The notes beneath the pieces were generated by a model. It saw nothing but the letters and a program-made list of their open reading frames with translations. It had not been told where the DNA came from and made no database searches. A DNA stretch of 64,000 nt from Octopus sinensis. Lineage: Eukaryota. How positions within the stretch are numbered: the first letter of the stretch is position 1; each line of letters opens with the position of its first letter. The translations under genes and the position numbers were made by a program. Below are positions 15,690 to 29,392 of the stretch, piece by piece. Location of the stretch: assembly GCF_006345805.1 (NCBI RefSeq), contig NC_043002.1:116932001-116996000 (forward strand), given 5' to 3'.

Positions 15690-17010
15690 TTTTACTCAGT
15701 TTCGCATTTCACACCATTTCTGCGTAAGACAAAGTAATTCTCTTCAGCACATTTGACCAATCAACATACTAGTTTCGCACCAATAATAATGACGGTTCAT
15801 CAGTAAAACAAATCCTCGAAAGATACTTCATATTCGAACACATCGAATATTATCCCCTGTTTCACTAACCACGAAATCACTTAAAAATGCTTCTCCACTC
15901 AGGTGAGTTTCGCCACTAGGTTAATGGACCACCTAAAACATGGCTAAATTACGTATACATCTTTGTTGACCACGAGGAGATTTAAATATGTTCCTATTTA
16001 ACTGGGCTACTATTAGCGTTAAAAGAAAACCATATTAATAGCTACATCGCAATTTTCCATTCACTAACGATGAATCGAACCCCTTCATCTCGATCACCAA
16101 TACTTTTCACTTTGCATATGTTTCCATTATATCCAACATAAGTGCTAGTTTTCTACATACCATTACCGACAGTTCCTTGTATTACAAGTCCACTCATATG
16201 TCAATTGTTTCTGTTTTCAAACGTGCCTTCCCTCCCACATCAAACCTGCACAGTATTCTACGAAACAGATGCACACCTTAAAACCGAATTCCTTTTTTCG
16301 TTACCATCCACTTGATCACGCTTCGTTTAAAAACTCATTCTCCGAAGCCTTTGCTTTTTTCTCTGAACCTGTGATCGCCCCCTTCTCTCTTTGGGAAGAA
16401 ATATAGATAAACGCAATCTCTCGGTCAGAACTCTTTTCGTTTCTCGCTTTACAATCAGATACTTTCAAATACTTTCGTTGAAGTTACAACACCTATAACT
16501 TCAAATCTAACACCACGGTACTAACTTCACGAAATTTCATCACAATGTCAACCTGATCTCTGTCAATCTCATCTGCTGCATTGGATAAAAAAAACTTGCA
16601 ATGTATTAAATACGTGCGAAACTTGATGCAGTTCAATAAATAATTTTCGTGCTATTCCCCTTAATGTCTGCAGTAATACTAAAGATATTTGCAAACCCGT
16701 GGTCGTCAATTTAATTTGTTACGACCGTTTTGTTTTCTGTCTTTGTTAGGGTTTGTTGCACATTACAGTTCAAATCACATCCGCTGTTATAAGGAGAAGT
16801 CACTTTATATTTGGCATGGCATCTCCAACAAGCATAGGAAATGGCTTTTGTTATCCGGACTAATTTTCTTAAATTTCATGAATTCTTTTTATTTTACATA
16901 TTTCTATTTTCTCGAGCGTACTTGAGAACATGTAAACCTCTTCTCATACCTTGCATAGCGTCATCCTTATTCTTCCTTACCCGTTTGTCTACCTGATGTT
17001 TGTGTAAGCG
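15690..17010 (+). mobile_element. Highly degenerate Penelope-like element
   Basis: FAYVSIISNISASFL....DSSLYYKSTH resembles the PLE RT motif FT.SIS..SL.FLD...YYKPTD. It is followed by NLI.CI and LIF.L-like endonuclease remnants. Confidence 0.45.
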
Positions 17011-18051
17011 TAATTCTATATTTACCTATTTATGTATCTTAATATTTTGCTTAGGCTTTGTGAAACTAATAACCAGGTGTAGACCTCAGTACACCTATGC
17101 TTCAGAACGATGTGTTGGTCGAGGGCAGAACGGTAATAAGAAAATGAGAAAGAATTAAACGATTATCTTATGAACATATCCGAGGATCCAATGAAGCTAT
17201 AAGCTGTTACTCAGGCACTCAACTATGAATCCACTGCAGCTTATAGTAATAACAGTTCTAAGATATTCATTTAATTCCTTTATTTATGTATGTACATGTG
17301 TGTGTATTTATGTGATTGTGGTCATACACATACCGCATATCTTAATATGTTGCAATCTCTATATAACTCATTACTGTTCCATTTCTCACAGCTCTTCACA
17401 TCATCAATCTGGCTGTTAGCTTTCTACTAAATTACGTTTCATTTGGCTACTTCTTTCCTTACTTTTCCTTCTCTCTTATCTCTTTTCTCCCTTGCTCATT
17501 CAAGACATTTATCTGGTCAGTAAAATCCTAATCATTCTCTGTAAAAAGAATTTGCTAGAAAAGGCAGTACTCCCGTGTCCCATTAGCATTCAAAATCATC
17601 TAGCATAAATAAATGCCATTTTTTTTAAAGTGTACTACATAAACATAAACAAGCAATTACAAATATATTGTAACAACCGCTGAACAAAAAATAACCATGT
17701 TTTGGAGGAAATGCATAAAAGGTTTCAACAACAGAAATACAAATGATGATAAATGTATTAACCTCACATTCATATCAAGAGAAAGTTTGCAGCATACATG
17801 TATAATAAAAAAAGTGAATATGTATATGCTTGTGTGTACGTTTGTTTGTTTCTGTGTATGTGTGTGTGTGTGTGTGCGTGCGTATGTGTGAGTTTGGTGT
17901 CTGGTGTGTAAATATACATGCACTATGTATATTTATATATATGTATATATATACATATATATATATATAAGCATACATATTTATATATATGTATATACAT
18001 ATATACATACAAACACACACACACATATATATATATATACACACACATATG

Positions 18052-18082
<31 letters not shown>

Positions 18083-18086
18083 ATAG

Positions 18087-18124
<38 letters not shown>

Positions 18125-18934
18125 GTGCATACACGCAAACACACATATACACGCATATGTATAGAAAGAAAAAGAGAGAGAAAGAGAAAAAGCGGAGACA
18201 AAGTTACATTTTAGTAATTCTATTTATTGTTATATAAAATTGGCTTATCAGGTGCATGTGAACATGTTTCAGATTATTTCTTATTGTCTTATTTAGTTAA
18301 AAACACTAAAGGAAATAAACTCACCTGCGAAATAGCATTACTTCCATATTCTTTTCACAAAATGACGGTGGCGTTTCTATCCATGTCATTCACACTTCCA
18401 CCAAAATACAATAGCCTAGACCTCTTATCTGTATAATTGTCCGACTCAATGATTTTTTTTTTTGAATTTGCTTGGTACAAGACTTACCAGTCACACCTCT
18501 CATAACATATGGTCAATGGAAACTTAACAAATGATTCAATAATCAGTTAGAGTGTAAAATTATTGCTAAATATGGAATAAAGATGAATTTATATTTATGT
18601 CTGTGCAATTAATTAATTGATTGATGTGTTTGAATAACAATGAATTTAGATTTTCAGTTATTTTCTTAACATGGAACTATTTTCATGAAATGCAGAGGTA
18701 TATATTATTTAGGAATATCGAATTAAAGTTTCTAATTCTGATTTATACTTATACTGACACAAAGTTTTACTCGTTATCGTTTACGGTTCTAATGAATATT
18801 CAATATAATAGTTCATATGCTAAATAAATATGTTTTATGGCGGGATTCTTAATATAAAATTAAAGTATTTCTGTTGTTATGATATACAAATATTTGCTTA
18901 ACTGCATAAATGCATCATATATCTTCTAAATATT

Positions 18935-19026
<92 letters not shown>

Positions 19027-19159
19027 TAAATTAGAGATAAAACCACTATTAGGCAAATCAAACAATGAAAAACATAAGCCAATACATAAAATTAATTAAT
19101 CTATATTATTTTAAATATATATCAAAAGTATTAAAAGTTTAATAAAAGATAAAGAGTAA

Positions 19160-19232
19160 AACACTACGATCTTTTCATGGCTGTACAATTCGTAATAATT
19201 CGAGTTATGGTTACAGTCAATCTTCAGGTAAT
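19160..19232 (-). ncRNA. Degenerate hammerhead motif in a PLE pLTR remnant (~19022-19265)
   Basis: Minus strand: ac CTGAAGA ttgactgta...tacagccat GAAA agatc GTA gt. Confidence 0.45.
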
Positions 19233-19261
19233 TGAAATATTTATCTTAGCGAAGTTTAGCA

Positions 19262-19296
<35 letters not shown>

Positions 19297-19314
19297 CGTG
19301 TATGCATAAGATAC

Positions 19315-19395
<81 letters not shown>

Positions 19396-19523
19396 ATTGC
19401 AGCGTGGAGGACGTTTGTAAGTCACTTAAGAACACACAAAAACCGTTAGTTTCACTTCAACATTTAAATCGAATTTGTGTCAAAATATTTTCGTCGCTTT
19501 GAAACTGACAAACTTCGTGCTGC

Positions 19524-19568
19524 GTCAGTGAACAGGTCGCAGTTTCAAAGCGACGAAAATATTTTGAC
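19524..19568 (+). ncRNA. Second copy of the G3:C8 hammerhead-like motif
   Basis: gtca GTGAACA g-gtcgc agtttcaaa gcgac GAAA atattt tgac; same repeat family as 6400-6545. Confidence 0.5.
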
Positions 19569-19727
19569 ACAAATCAATTTTAAATGTTGAAGTGAAACTA
19601 ACGTTTTTCTGTGTCCTTAAATGGCTTACACATATCTTCCATGCTGCTATTGTTTTTGTTTCAGTACACGATCTCAGATCTAGTCACGTACTATGTATAT
19701 ACATCTCCGTAATACATACATACATAT

Positions 19728-19804
<77 letters not shown>

Positions 19805-19829
19805 ATTTACGTATGTATGTAAAGGTTAA

Positions 19830-19980
19830 TGTCGGTGAATCGGCAGAATCGTTACAAATTCGAACAAAATACCTTTCAGGTATTTGTTCTGGCTCTCTAA
19901 GCTCTTTTTGTGAAATCCTGCCGAGTTCAACTTCGCCTTTCAAATCTTGATGAAATGAAATATAGTACCAGTAACGTAAT
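19830..19980 (+). mobile_element. Degenerate SINE
   Basis: ggcagaatcgtta...gccgagttcaacttcgcctttca...gtaccagt; same family as 5430-5610. Confidence 0.6.
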
Positions 19981-20220
19981 ATATGCAACTCTATTTCTCA
20001 ATCGGTCATTTAAAGACCTGCACTTAAGGCGACTGTGGGAGAGTCGAGGGCATTACTTTGTCCGTTCGCAGCTACATGTGCACCTAAAAATCACTATTGA
20101 AAGGTATGGGCTACCAACTCAAAATCGATTGAGTATTGCATATATACATTAATAAAGAAATTAGACACACACACAAACACAAACACACATACATATACAC
20201 ACTCACGTACACACACATAC

Positions 20221-20318
<98 letters not shown>

Positions 20319-21788
20319 CAAAATACGTACATACATACACAGAGACATACATGCACAGGAATGAAAAAGCATAAAAGAGGAGGATAGTACTTAATACATC
20401 GTGTAAATAAATTTCCATATATTTATTTAAACTGATGTTTTGGTCGTTATTCCCCACCCTGAAATCTTTTAGGTAACTAAAATAGATTGCATTTCTTTGT
20501 ATTCTTACGTTTCTTTTATTAGTTAATCCATTTTGTTCATTGATTGATCGTAATCATAGATAATGGTACAATCCTAACATGCTCAAAATGCCACGTCATT
20601 CTTCGATAACAACCCTATTTGCAAATGGGACCAAACTTTCAAACATAAATTTATTTTGTTTTATACAGGATACGACGTTGTATTTTGTGTAGTGCAACTA
20701 TGTATGTTACCATTTGTATCTATGTATTTATAAATCTTCCTTAGTTTTCAAATATGTCGTGACAAGATGTTCAATTTGCCCTATACACATTCTGAAAAGA
20801 CTGCATATGTTGCGTGTAACTGATTTTAAATGTTCAGGTCGCTGCTGAGATATATACATACTTCTCTGCATTTTAATCATTGTGCATTGTGTATAGCTTT
20901 GATTTGTTTTTGTTTGTGAGTTATCAGCTATTTGGTTATTCATATTCTGGTGTGTGTGTGATTTACATTCTCTGTGTAGTTGTAGCTAACTATATTCCTG
21001 TTGAAGAGCCTATAGTATCTATGTTCAGTAGGAAATGACTAATGCAAGAAAAGTCTTAGCTAACAAAAATAATCATAAAAATCAAAAATAGAGCCAAATG
21101 TAAATAGATATAGAAAATACCTATCTTTAAAGTAAGACAAACATTTTCCGTGGTAAAAGCACAAGGATCTCCACAATATTTCTTATAAAGTAATATACAC
21201 CGACTCTGCACCATTCAATAATGATTCTCATAAAACGAGCCCATTAGAGCTCACATTCAACAAATGGACCCAAAATCAATTACAGTCAGACAAATGAAGA
21301 TTATCTTGTCTAATTCACTCTTGAACCTAACTATAGTGTAACTTACTACATAAAAGCTGGGTCATGACCAAATTCCTTAGTTTATATATATATGAGTGTT
21401 TGTGTGTGTATGGGTCTATATATGTGTGCGTGTATGTGTGTATAAAGAAATACATATGTCAACATTCATCTTTTAAATGTGTAAGAAATAATAGTCTCGA
21501 ATTTTCTGTCAACTGTTTCATTACGTCTGAAGTGTATTTCTTAATATAATGTAGGAGCTAACATGACATTCAGCAAGGAAAAAAAGAAGAATAAATTTTA
21601 CGATTTTAGAAATCGTGCTTAAATTCAGTTCATAATATAAGAAGATGATTTTAAACAATTGGCTGTATAAACTAGTCTGTCGCATTAAAGAATTACAATA
21701 ATATGTTAAAATAAATTGCTACGTTTTTAGTGTAGTTAAAATTGACTTGTTATTCAACTACGGCATATTTGCAAATGCCAGTATGCTA

Positions 21789-21836
<48 letters not shown>

Positions 21837-21853
21837 TATGTATATACACACAC

Positions 21854-21915
<62 letters not shown>

Positions 21916-21934
21916 ACATATACATATACGTATG

Positions 21935-21973
<39 letters not shown>

Positions 21974-22525
21974 ATTCTACAACTGGATTTTGTCACTTTC
22001 CTGACCACCATGTTTGGTCCGTAATCACTATACATCCCTTATCCTTATATATTTCTTTATTATTTTTATTCCTATTTTTATTTTTTTGCTTTTATTTTTA
22101 TTTTTATTTTTATTTCTATTTCTATTTTTACTTTATAACTTGATACATTTATATTCATTTATATTTTTTTATATTCTTTATACCCCCTTATATCTCCTTA
22201 TATCTCTTTATATCTTTATACTCTACACTTTTACATTTTTCTATACTTACACTTTTTATATATTTTTTATCCTTCGTCCTGAATTCTCGCCCCTCCATCT
22301 TTACCCCTATTTACTCTTATCACCAGGTCCCTTCACGTCTATATATTTGTTAATTTATTTACATTACTTCAACATCTAAATTCCCTCATTCTACATTGAG
22401 AGAAGAACGAGATGGACGCTTCAATTCTATGCTGCTGCCGCATTATGTCGTACGCGAATGAGAGGATTTGCATCCCCAACCAAGAATTTTTGATGTAACA
22501 CATGTCCTTGTGGAAGCTGCTTTGC

Positions 22526-22603
22526 GCGGCTGAAGAAGGCCACAGACATACATTATGCATTGTTATAAATCTGTCTAATAAAGGCCCGAAACATATGTGC
22601 CGC
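22526..22603 (+). ncRNA. Degenerate hammerhead motif in a PLE 3' remnant (~21970-22720)
   Basis: gcgg CTGAAGA aggcc...ggccc GAAAC atat GTG ccgc. Loop III is palindromic, but the site is GUG and the stem II base is mismatched, so it is probably inactive. Confidence 0.6.
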
Positions 22604-22730
22604 TGAATCCTTGGCATCATGATTTTATTTTGATCAATTTACTCCTCCACCTACACCACCAAACGGTATATACAGGTGCTTACAATTATCAAGTACTCAC
22701 CCCGATTTCTGTACTCAACTATATATATAT

Positions 22731-22784
<54 letters not shown>

Positions 22785-25700
22785 TATAAGTTTCTACGTA
22801 TCTATGGTCATTCACTCATATGAAAGTCTTAATATAGATTAAACCTACTAAGTAATTTTAATAACTGACTTAAATGTTGTTAATTTCATAAGAATTTTTA
22901 GGAAAAAATATACGAAAGCATGTGTCTCATTTTGCATGTAGACGTAATAGAAGTAAAGCAGCTGAATATGGTCTCCTAGAAGTTATTGGCTACACTGTCT
23001 GTGGTGGTGTATGATGTCGGTAGTATATATAGTGGTGGTAGTGGTATTAACAATGATACGATGGTGACGGTGATGTTGGTGGTACAAACTGTGACAATAG
23101 TTTATTAGGTGAGGTGAAATTATTGGCAATGCACGTGATTTTGGTTGGTGATGATCATGTTGGTGTCGAAAGTATAAAAACACGTAAAATGTTTGGATAT
23201 CAATCTAAAACATTGCAGTAATAGCCTTCATTTTTTTTATAATATATTGGGAACTATATTTTATTTATTTTTATATTATTATGTAGTACTTATATATTTA
23301 TTTTTATATATTAGTTATCAGAGATTGTTTTAATAAATCAGTTACAATTATCGAATTAGATCTTCGATTTTATATTTATCAATGATATATAGAAAATAAA
23401 ACATTGAAATCTTTTTATATATTTTCATCCAGTTATCAAAGATTGCTAACTATTTCAACATTTCATTCTGAAATAGTTTGCCATGTTTTGAATAAATATG
23501 CCAAAAGATTATATGTAAGTTTAAATTTAAGGTTTGCGAAGTAATTTTATATGTGACATTCTATAAAACTAATTTAGGTACTATATTTAGAGTAAAAATA
23601 CTATTCCGAAATATTTATTTCAAACGTTATTTGTTTGACAATTTTCTATTTTCTGAGTTATACAACTTTGAATCATAGCAGATATAGGGAAGGAAAAATC
23701 CCCACAGGCGAATTTTTAATAATTTCCAAGATAAATGTACATGTAACCTACTAAAGTCCAAACGGTGACTTATATTCGTACTATAAATCAATGTATGTTT
23801 TTATTATCATTAAAGAATTATTATTTATATCCTTTATATGATTTTGTTGCGAACTAAAATCGTCCAGTAATATATTTTCACGAATTGAATGAATGAAAGA
23901 TAAAAGTGAGAGACGTTGTCATATTCAATTCTAAAACATGTAATGAAAATTAATGAAATCATGAGCAATCTATAACAAAATTAGATTTGGGTGGATTTAT
24001 TTATAATGGGTATTATAATTTACATAATCGTGTTTTGGCTGATAATATAGATAATCAGCTAACCTAAAATATGTGTGCTAAAATACAGATTCTGTTATTT
24101 TGCATGTATTCTTGTAACGTGATCACTGTCAGATTAATCTGTTTCATCTGGTGTTGTAGTGTCTTTACGCTTTTGAGTTCAGTAACTATACTTAGATAAC
24201 TTATCAATGCCTGTCATTTTGTGAAATCTTTAAAAAGTTTTAAATTATATGATGTAAGTAACTATAAAATAAAATGATGAATTAGAATATGGGAAGCAAA
24301 TCCCATTATGTGTCTATATATTTAAAGACATCAAATGCAACTCGTTGAAAAGTCTGTATTTGTTTTAAAATGTTAAGCTAACATTCATGTGATTGTTATA
24401 TTTATTGCTTAATGCGTTTAAATTTTTCTTGCGATTTCAGATTCTGTCCCATACATATATGGCTTGCATCATTCAAGAATTTTCCAGTGGAGACCGAATC
24501 AAATCTGTATTCTTTGAATTTGGAAGATAGATAATATAGTGATATTCCTCTTCATTTTGTTTTTGGAAAAATAGGATAATTGAAAGAGTTGTGGTTAAAT
24601 TTACCCGCCGGCATTTCGTTTGCTTCGCTCTCGTTATCTAGGCTAGTTTATGGATAGATGCCTTGGCTCCTCTGTATGACTAATTTTGACGGTATAACGT
24701 TTTGTTTGTGAATAATAAATCACATCTACTGATTTGAGTTTCTTAGGTTATTTGTTTTGTTGTACAGCTATAATTTAGTTTAGAACTGTGTCTCTTAAAT
24801 AACTTTCTGTGAAGGGGTTGACAGGCAAATATTTGTTGTAAATAGCGCCTAAAAAAGGTGTAGCTATTTTTTAATTTTTCCTCATATGTATTTCAGTTTA
24901 TTAATGTCAGTAACTTAGGAGTATATTTGATATTATCTTAATGTCCACTGTTTTGTAGTATGGAGCACCTATTTCTCACTTTGTTTTTGAAAACTACGAG
25001 CAGTTGGCTAGATTAGCCGTTTTAATATAGATGTCTTGGAAAATTCTAGTAGAGCGCATGATGGTAATATTTCCGAGGTCGAAGTATAAAATTCAACAAC
25101 GTCAATTCATGTGAATTAGCGCTCTCTTTATTGCTAATATATATTTTTTTTTAACCAGATAATTATGGTCATTACTAATATTGTATAATACATGGAGGTT
25201 ACTAGCTTTACTAATTATATCATGGTAGTTATTTAACATTTTTGTAATCAATTAATCCCAGCTCACGCTTACAGAAATTTATTAATCTGCATTGTGGATT
25301 AGTGGTGATTAATGTATAGTTAATATCTATATTCTTCTAAGTATGTATGGTAGAGTAATCGTATTTGAATTATCCTAATTCGTTTTTAGTGAAGTAATTT
25401 CTGCTATGTATATTCATAATACACAAAACTGTAAAATATTTGGATATGTGTACACAATAAAGTCAGCATCTGGTTTTCAGGTGTTTTGTGTAATGAATTT
25501 TAAAAAAACCTTAAAGCAGAAAGTTATTTTAAGTAATTATGTTATCCGACAAAAATATTACATAGCAAAAGCTGTAACTTTCTAGATTTCGAAGAAATAT
25601 AAACCAGTAGATTATCGCATTCTTTCTACACTAAACTATTTGCGAGTTAAAAATGTACAATGTAAATTTATTACCACAATAATACGTATGAATAAATGTA

Positions 25701-26201
25701 CGTTTCGCGGTAAATCTAAAGTATAATAGAAGTACTGTTCAAGTTTAAAAGACAAATGATTTGCTAACATAAACTTTATTCTGAATCGTTACCAGTGTAC
25801 TTCCAAATATATAAATCTACTAAAATTTCTGTATGACTTCATACCATTAAGTTCTATTTTTCTATTTTGCATACAATAAAATTTGGAAAGTAAGTTAATG
25901 GGAAAACATTTCTTGCCGTTCTTTCATTGTCTCCAGAAGATAATATTGGTGATGTCAGTTTTAATGAAATACCGTAATGCACATAGTGAACTATCCTGCA
26001 TATACTCATCAGCAACAATTTGATATTTTAAGGGCAATTATCTTTAAGCATTAATTATTACTACTTTATAAGCATGAGTCTTGTTGTTTAGTAACGAATT
26101 CAGTCCTAACTGAGCTGTTCAGAAACATTCCAGTTTCTAATATCCCGTATTGTTTTATTTAAGTGATAGTGTGATTTGAGGGCATTTGGAAATGACATAG
26201 G

Positions 26202-26247
<46 letters not shown>

Positions 26248-26420
26248 CAGAAAGTACAGAAAGTACATATATATATATATATATAACAGAAAGTACAGAA
26301 ACACCCGTAGTGTGTTCTGTACTTTCTGTTGCTACAAATTCTATTAAGATTTCACTCCAATTTCATACAATTGACTTTTATTTTTCTGTTTGTGGATCTA
26401 TTCTTCTCTCTCCTCCCTGA

Positions 26421-26455
<35 letters not shown>

Positions 26456-26520
26456 AACCATGTAAGTTAAACATGCAGGCTAACACAAACACAAACTTAT
26501 ATATAGAAGTATATACATAC

Positions 26521-26665
<145 letters not shown>

Positions 26666-29268
26666 ATATTATATATATATATATATATATAATGAAATAG
26701 ATAAATATACATATAAATAGATTACAATAAAAATAAAGTCCAGGGAGTTGTTGGTAGTCTGCGTCAGCAAATATCGAATTTATTGATAAAAATACAAAGT
26801 TTTGTTTTTTAAGTTCATATACCATTAAAAATAGCGGATGAATTTTGGACAAAGTCCCTCATCGTGGAGTGTGAGAGTTTTTCTCCTTTCTTAAACTACG
26901 AGAGCATGGACAAACTGGTGAATAGCAGGAAATGACAATGAATTATATGTGCATGAAAGTAGACACAACATTTGTTTTTATATTTCTTTTATGTGAATTC
27001 ATAACAACCCCACTCTTTCCCGCAACAGTAATCCATTCTGTGGTACTCAGACTTGAATAGTAAGGCAATTTTAAATACATTCAATACACATTTTACACCT
27101 GTCTTTATATCAATAACAAAACACCAATCACCAGACCCAAATCATTATTCCAAATCACCCAAACTTTTGGTTGCATATCTGCCAATATTACACATTGCAT
27201 CACATACAAATTCTGCTGTGCTTTATAAGTTAGTTAATGAAGAAAGCATTGTCTAAATGATTGCTCCGGTAATGAACGCGTTTTCCCACACACAATAAGC
27301 CAACGCATTTCAACTGACTTGGTTAGTCCATTTACTTTTCCCCGACGTCCGGTACTTTAGGACCCTCTGGGAAATACATGGGACAACGCATCATTTTTAC
27401 CTTCGGGATATCTCCTTCGTTTGTTTCAATTTTTACTTTATTTTAATGTTCACAATGATGATCATTTTGGAATACGACTTTGTGTGAATATGCATTTCTA
27501 ATCTGCAGCCTGAGCTAGGACGAATGCAGACAGTACTATTGGCATCATGGTGACTACTATGATCACCGATCTTGCCAAAAGAAAGTCTTCTATTTTGGAC
27601 TTATCAATTACCATCTGCTTCCTTACTGCTTCGATCCTTCAATTTTACCCAAATATGTTATCTCTCGAGTTCTAGGCTTACCCTCCTTTAAGTTATCTTC
27701 TTCCCTTCGCCAACCACTTTTCAGTCCCATCGTTCCTCGACACACAACTCAACATTTAATTCTTCCTCATTCACTGTCATTCTCCAATGTGTTTTCGCTC
27801 TCATTGATTAAGAATGAGGAAAACATTTCTTGCTCCCCGAAGTGTTAAATGTATATAAAACTTAAAAGATAGTTTACCAATACATTACCAATACATATGT
27901 CAGGATCAAGTGAGCATTATTATTACTATAGATGAAATTAACGTGGTATGTTTAATATGTGTGATACATCACTTGATGAATATGCAGAAATTAAAGTCCT
28001 TATTTGCAATCAGTTGCTCTCAAGCAACGATTCGTGTATGATACTTAAGTATTAAAATAAATGGAAAATATCGGGCTTTATAATCCCGCCATAAAACAGG
28101 AATTTTTAAAACCTAGCAACTTACATAAAATCCTACATAAATAGAATCTATTCTCTACAAAAATTATCATTCTATTTATTCTAAAATTCGAGATTTTAAT
28201 ACACTTTCAATTAATGCTTACGTAAACGGAATAATGGATAACAGAATCAGTTGTACACCTGAGAAAATGTTTTACTGTGTTTAACTATGTTTGTTTATGC
28301 TTTGAATCAATTTTGGATTTTCATCAACACTTAGAGGACGATAAAATGTGCTCACGTGGAGTACAAGAACACATTTAATCGGCTGTTACTCTCTCCAAAA
28401 TTAGGAGTTGTACCAAATTTAGAAATCTATAACTGTTTCAAGATAGCCTATTTCTGTAGATTTTGCGTAGTATGTGTATGAAACTCCTGTAAAGATTGAA
28501 AACAAATTATGTTCTCTATGATATAGATATAAATTGGAGTGTGCTACATATCGAGTCATATATCAATTCATCGTAGTTGCACACTTATACAAAAATATTA
28601 AGACGTCCCATTTCTCTTCTCTCCTTCTAGAAACCAATCTACATTGCTTATTTAATGTTCTCTGCATTAATAATTATTACGTTTCCTATATTTAAAATCT
28701 GTAGTATATTTAGATAACTATTTCTATACTTTCACCGAAATTGTATTGTATACTCAACGTACATGTTTTAAAAATCAATAAATATCTTATGAAGTATTAG
28801 AATATTGATTATTGTTTAAATGCTTTTTAAACACTAACAAGTGCGATGTTGCGTGCGTGTGTGCGTGCGTTTGTGTGTCTGTGTATGGTGAACTTGTTTA
28901 GTAAATGTGTGTACTGTGAAGTTTTTAGTAAATATTCTTTCTTTCAGAAATTATTTTGTTTTAAATTAAGCCCCAAACGTTGACCCAAGTTAAGTGAAAA
29001 TGCTTTTAACATCAATCTTATATAACCTATTGTGCTCTCGTGCAAGGGTGATGAAGATATGAATAAATTACCTTAGCATTGCACAAAGAGGGTATTACAC
29101 TCTTGGGTGAGAAGTTTGACCTGTAGTAGTGCTTTCTTGTGAGTTTAACGAAAGAATGCATTACTATGGTCAAACATTTCATGGATATGGGATCGTGAAA
29201 ACGATGACGTCATTGGTGAAACGAACACCGTTTTTCTAATCAGTGGTAGAGAATGGAGAAAAACTCAC

Positions 29269-29352
29269 CTATCAATGGAACTGTTGCGGCATGAGGGACT
29301 GACTCGGCCAGCAATAGCAACAAGAGGAAAAAGGCGACGAAAATGTTCATTC
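29269..29352 (-). CDS. Duplicate alternative exon ('exon 8b') encoding a variant M2 and M2-M3 loop of the same subunit
   Basis: gttacag|GA ATG AAC...TTG ATA G|gtgagt; 84 nt, phase 1-1, open frame (G)MNIFVAFFLLLLLLAESVPHAATVPLI. Both splice sites are intact. Many 3' differences from 8a are synonymous and the single indel is one whole codon, consistent with purifying selection. Confidence 0.85.
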
Positions 29353-29392
29353 CTGTAACATAAATAAGTGGTGGAAAATGAGATTGACTCAC

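Noticed and set aside
18325-18428. Minus-strand exon-like segment (atacag ... cag|gtgagt) as the next receptor exon
   Set aside because: It has stops in all three frames, a weak pyrimidine tract and no M3 similarity; at most a cryptic or poison exon.
19485-19500. 11-nt match (attttcgtcgc) between the PLE repeat and the M2 exons, as an editing-complementary sequence
   Set aside because: It is too short, 10 kb away and sequestered in its own hairpin, so most likely chance.
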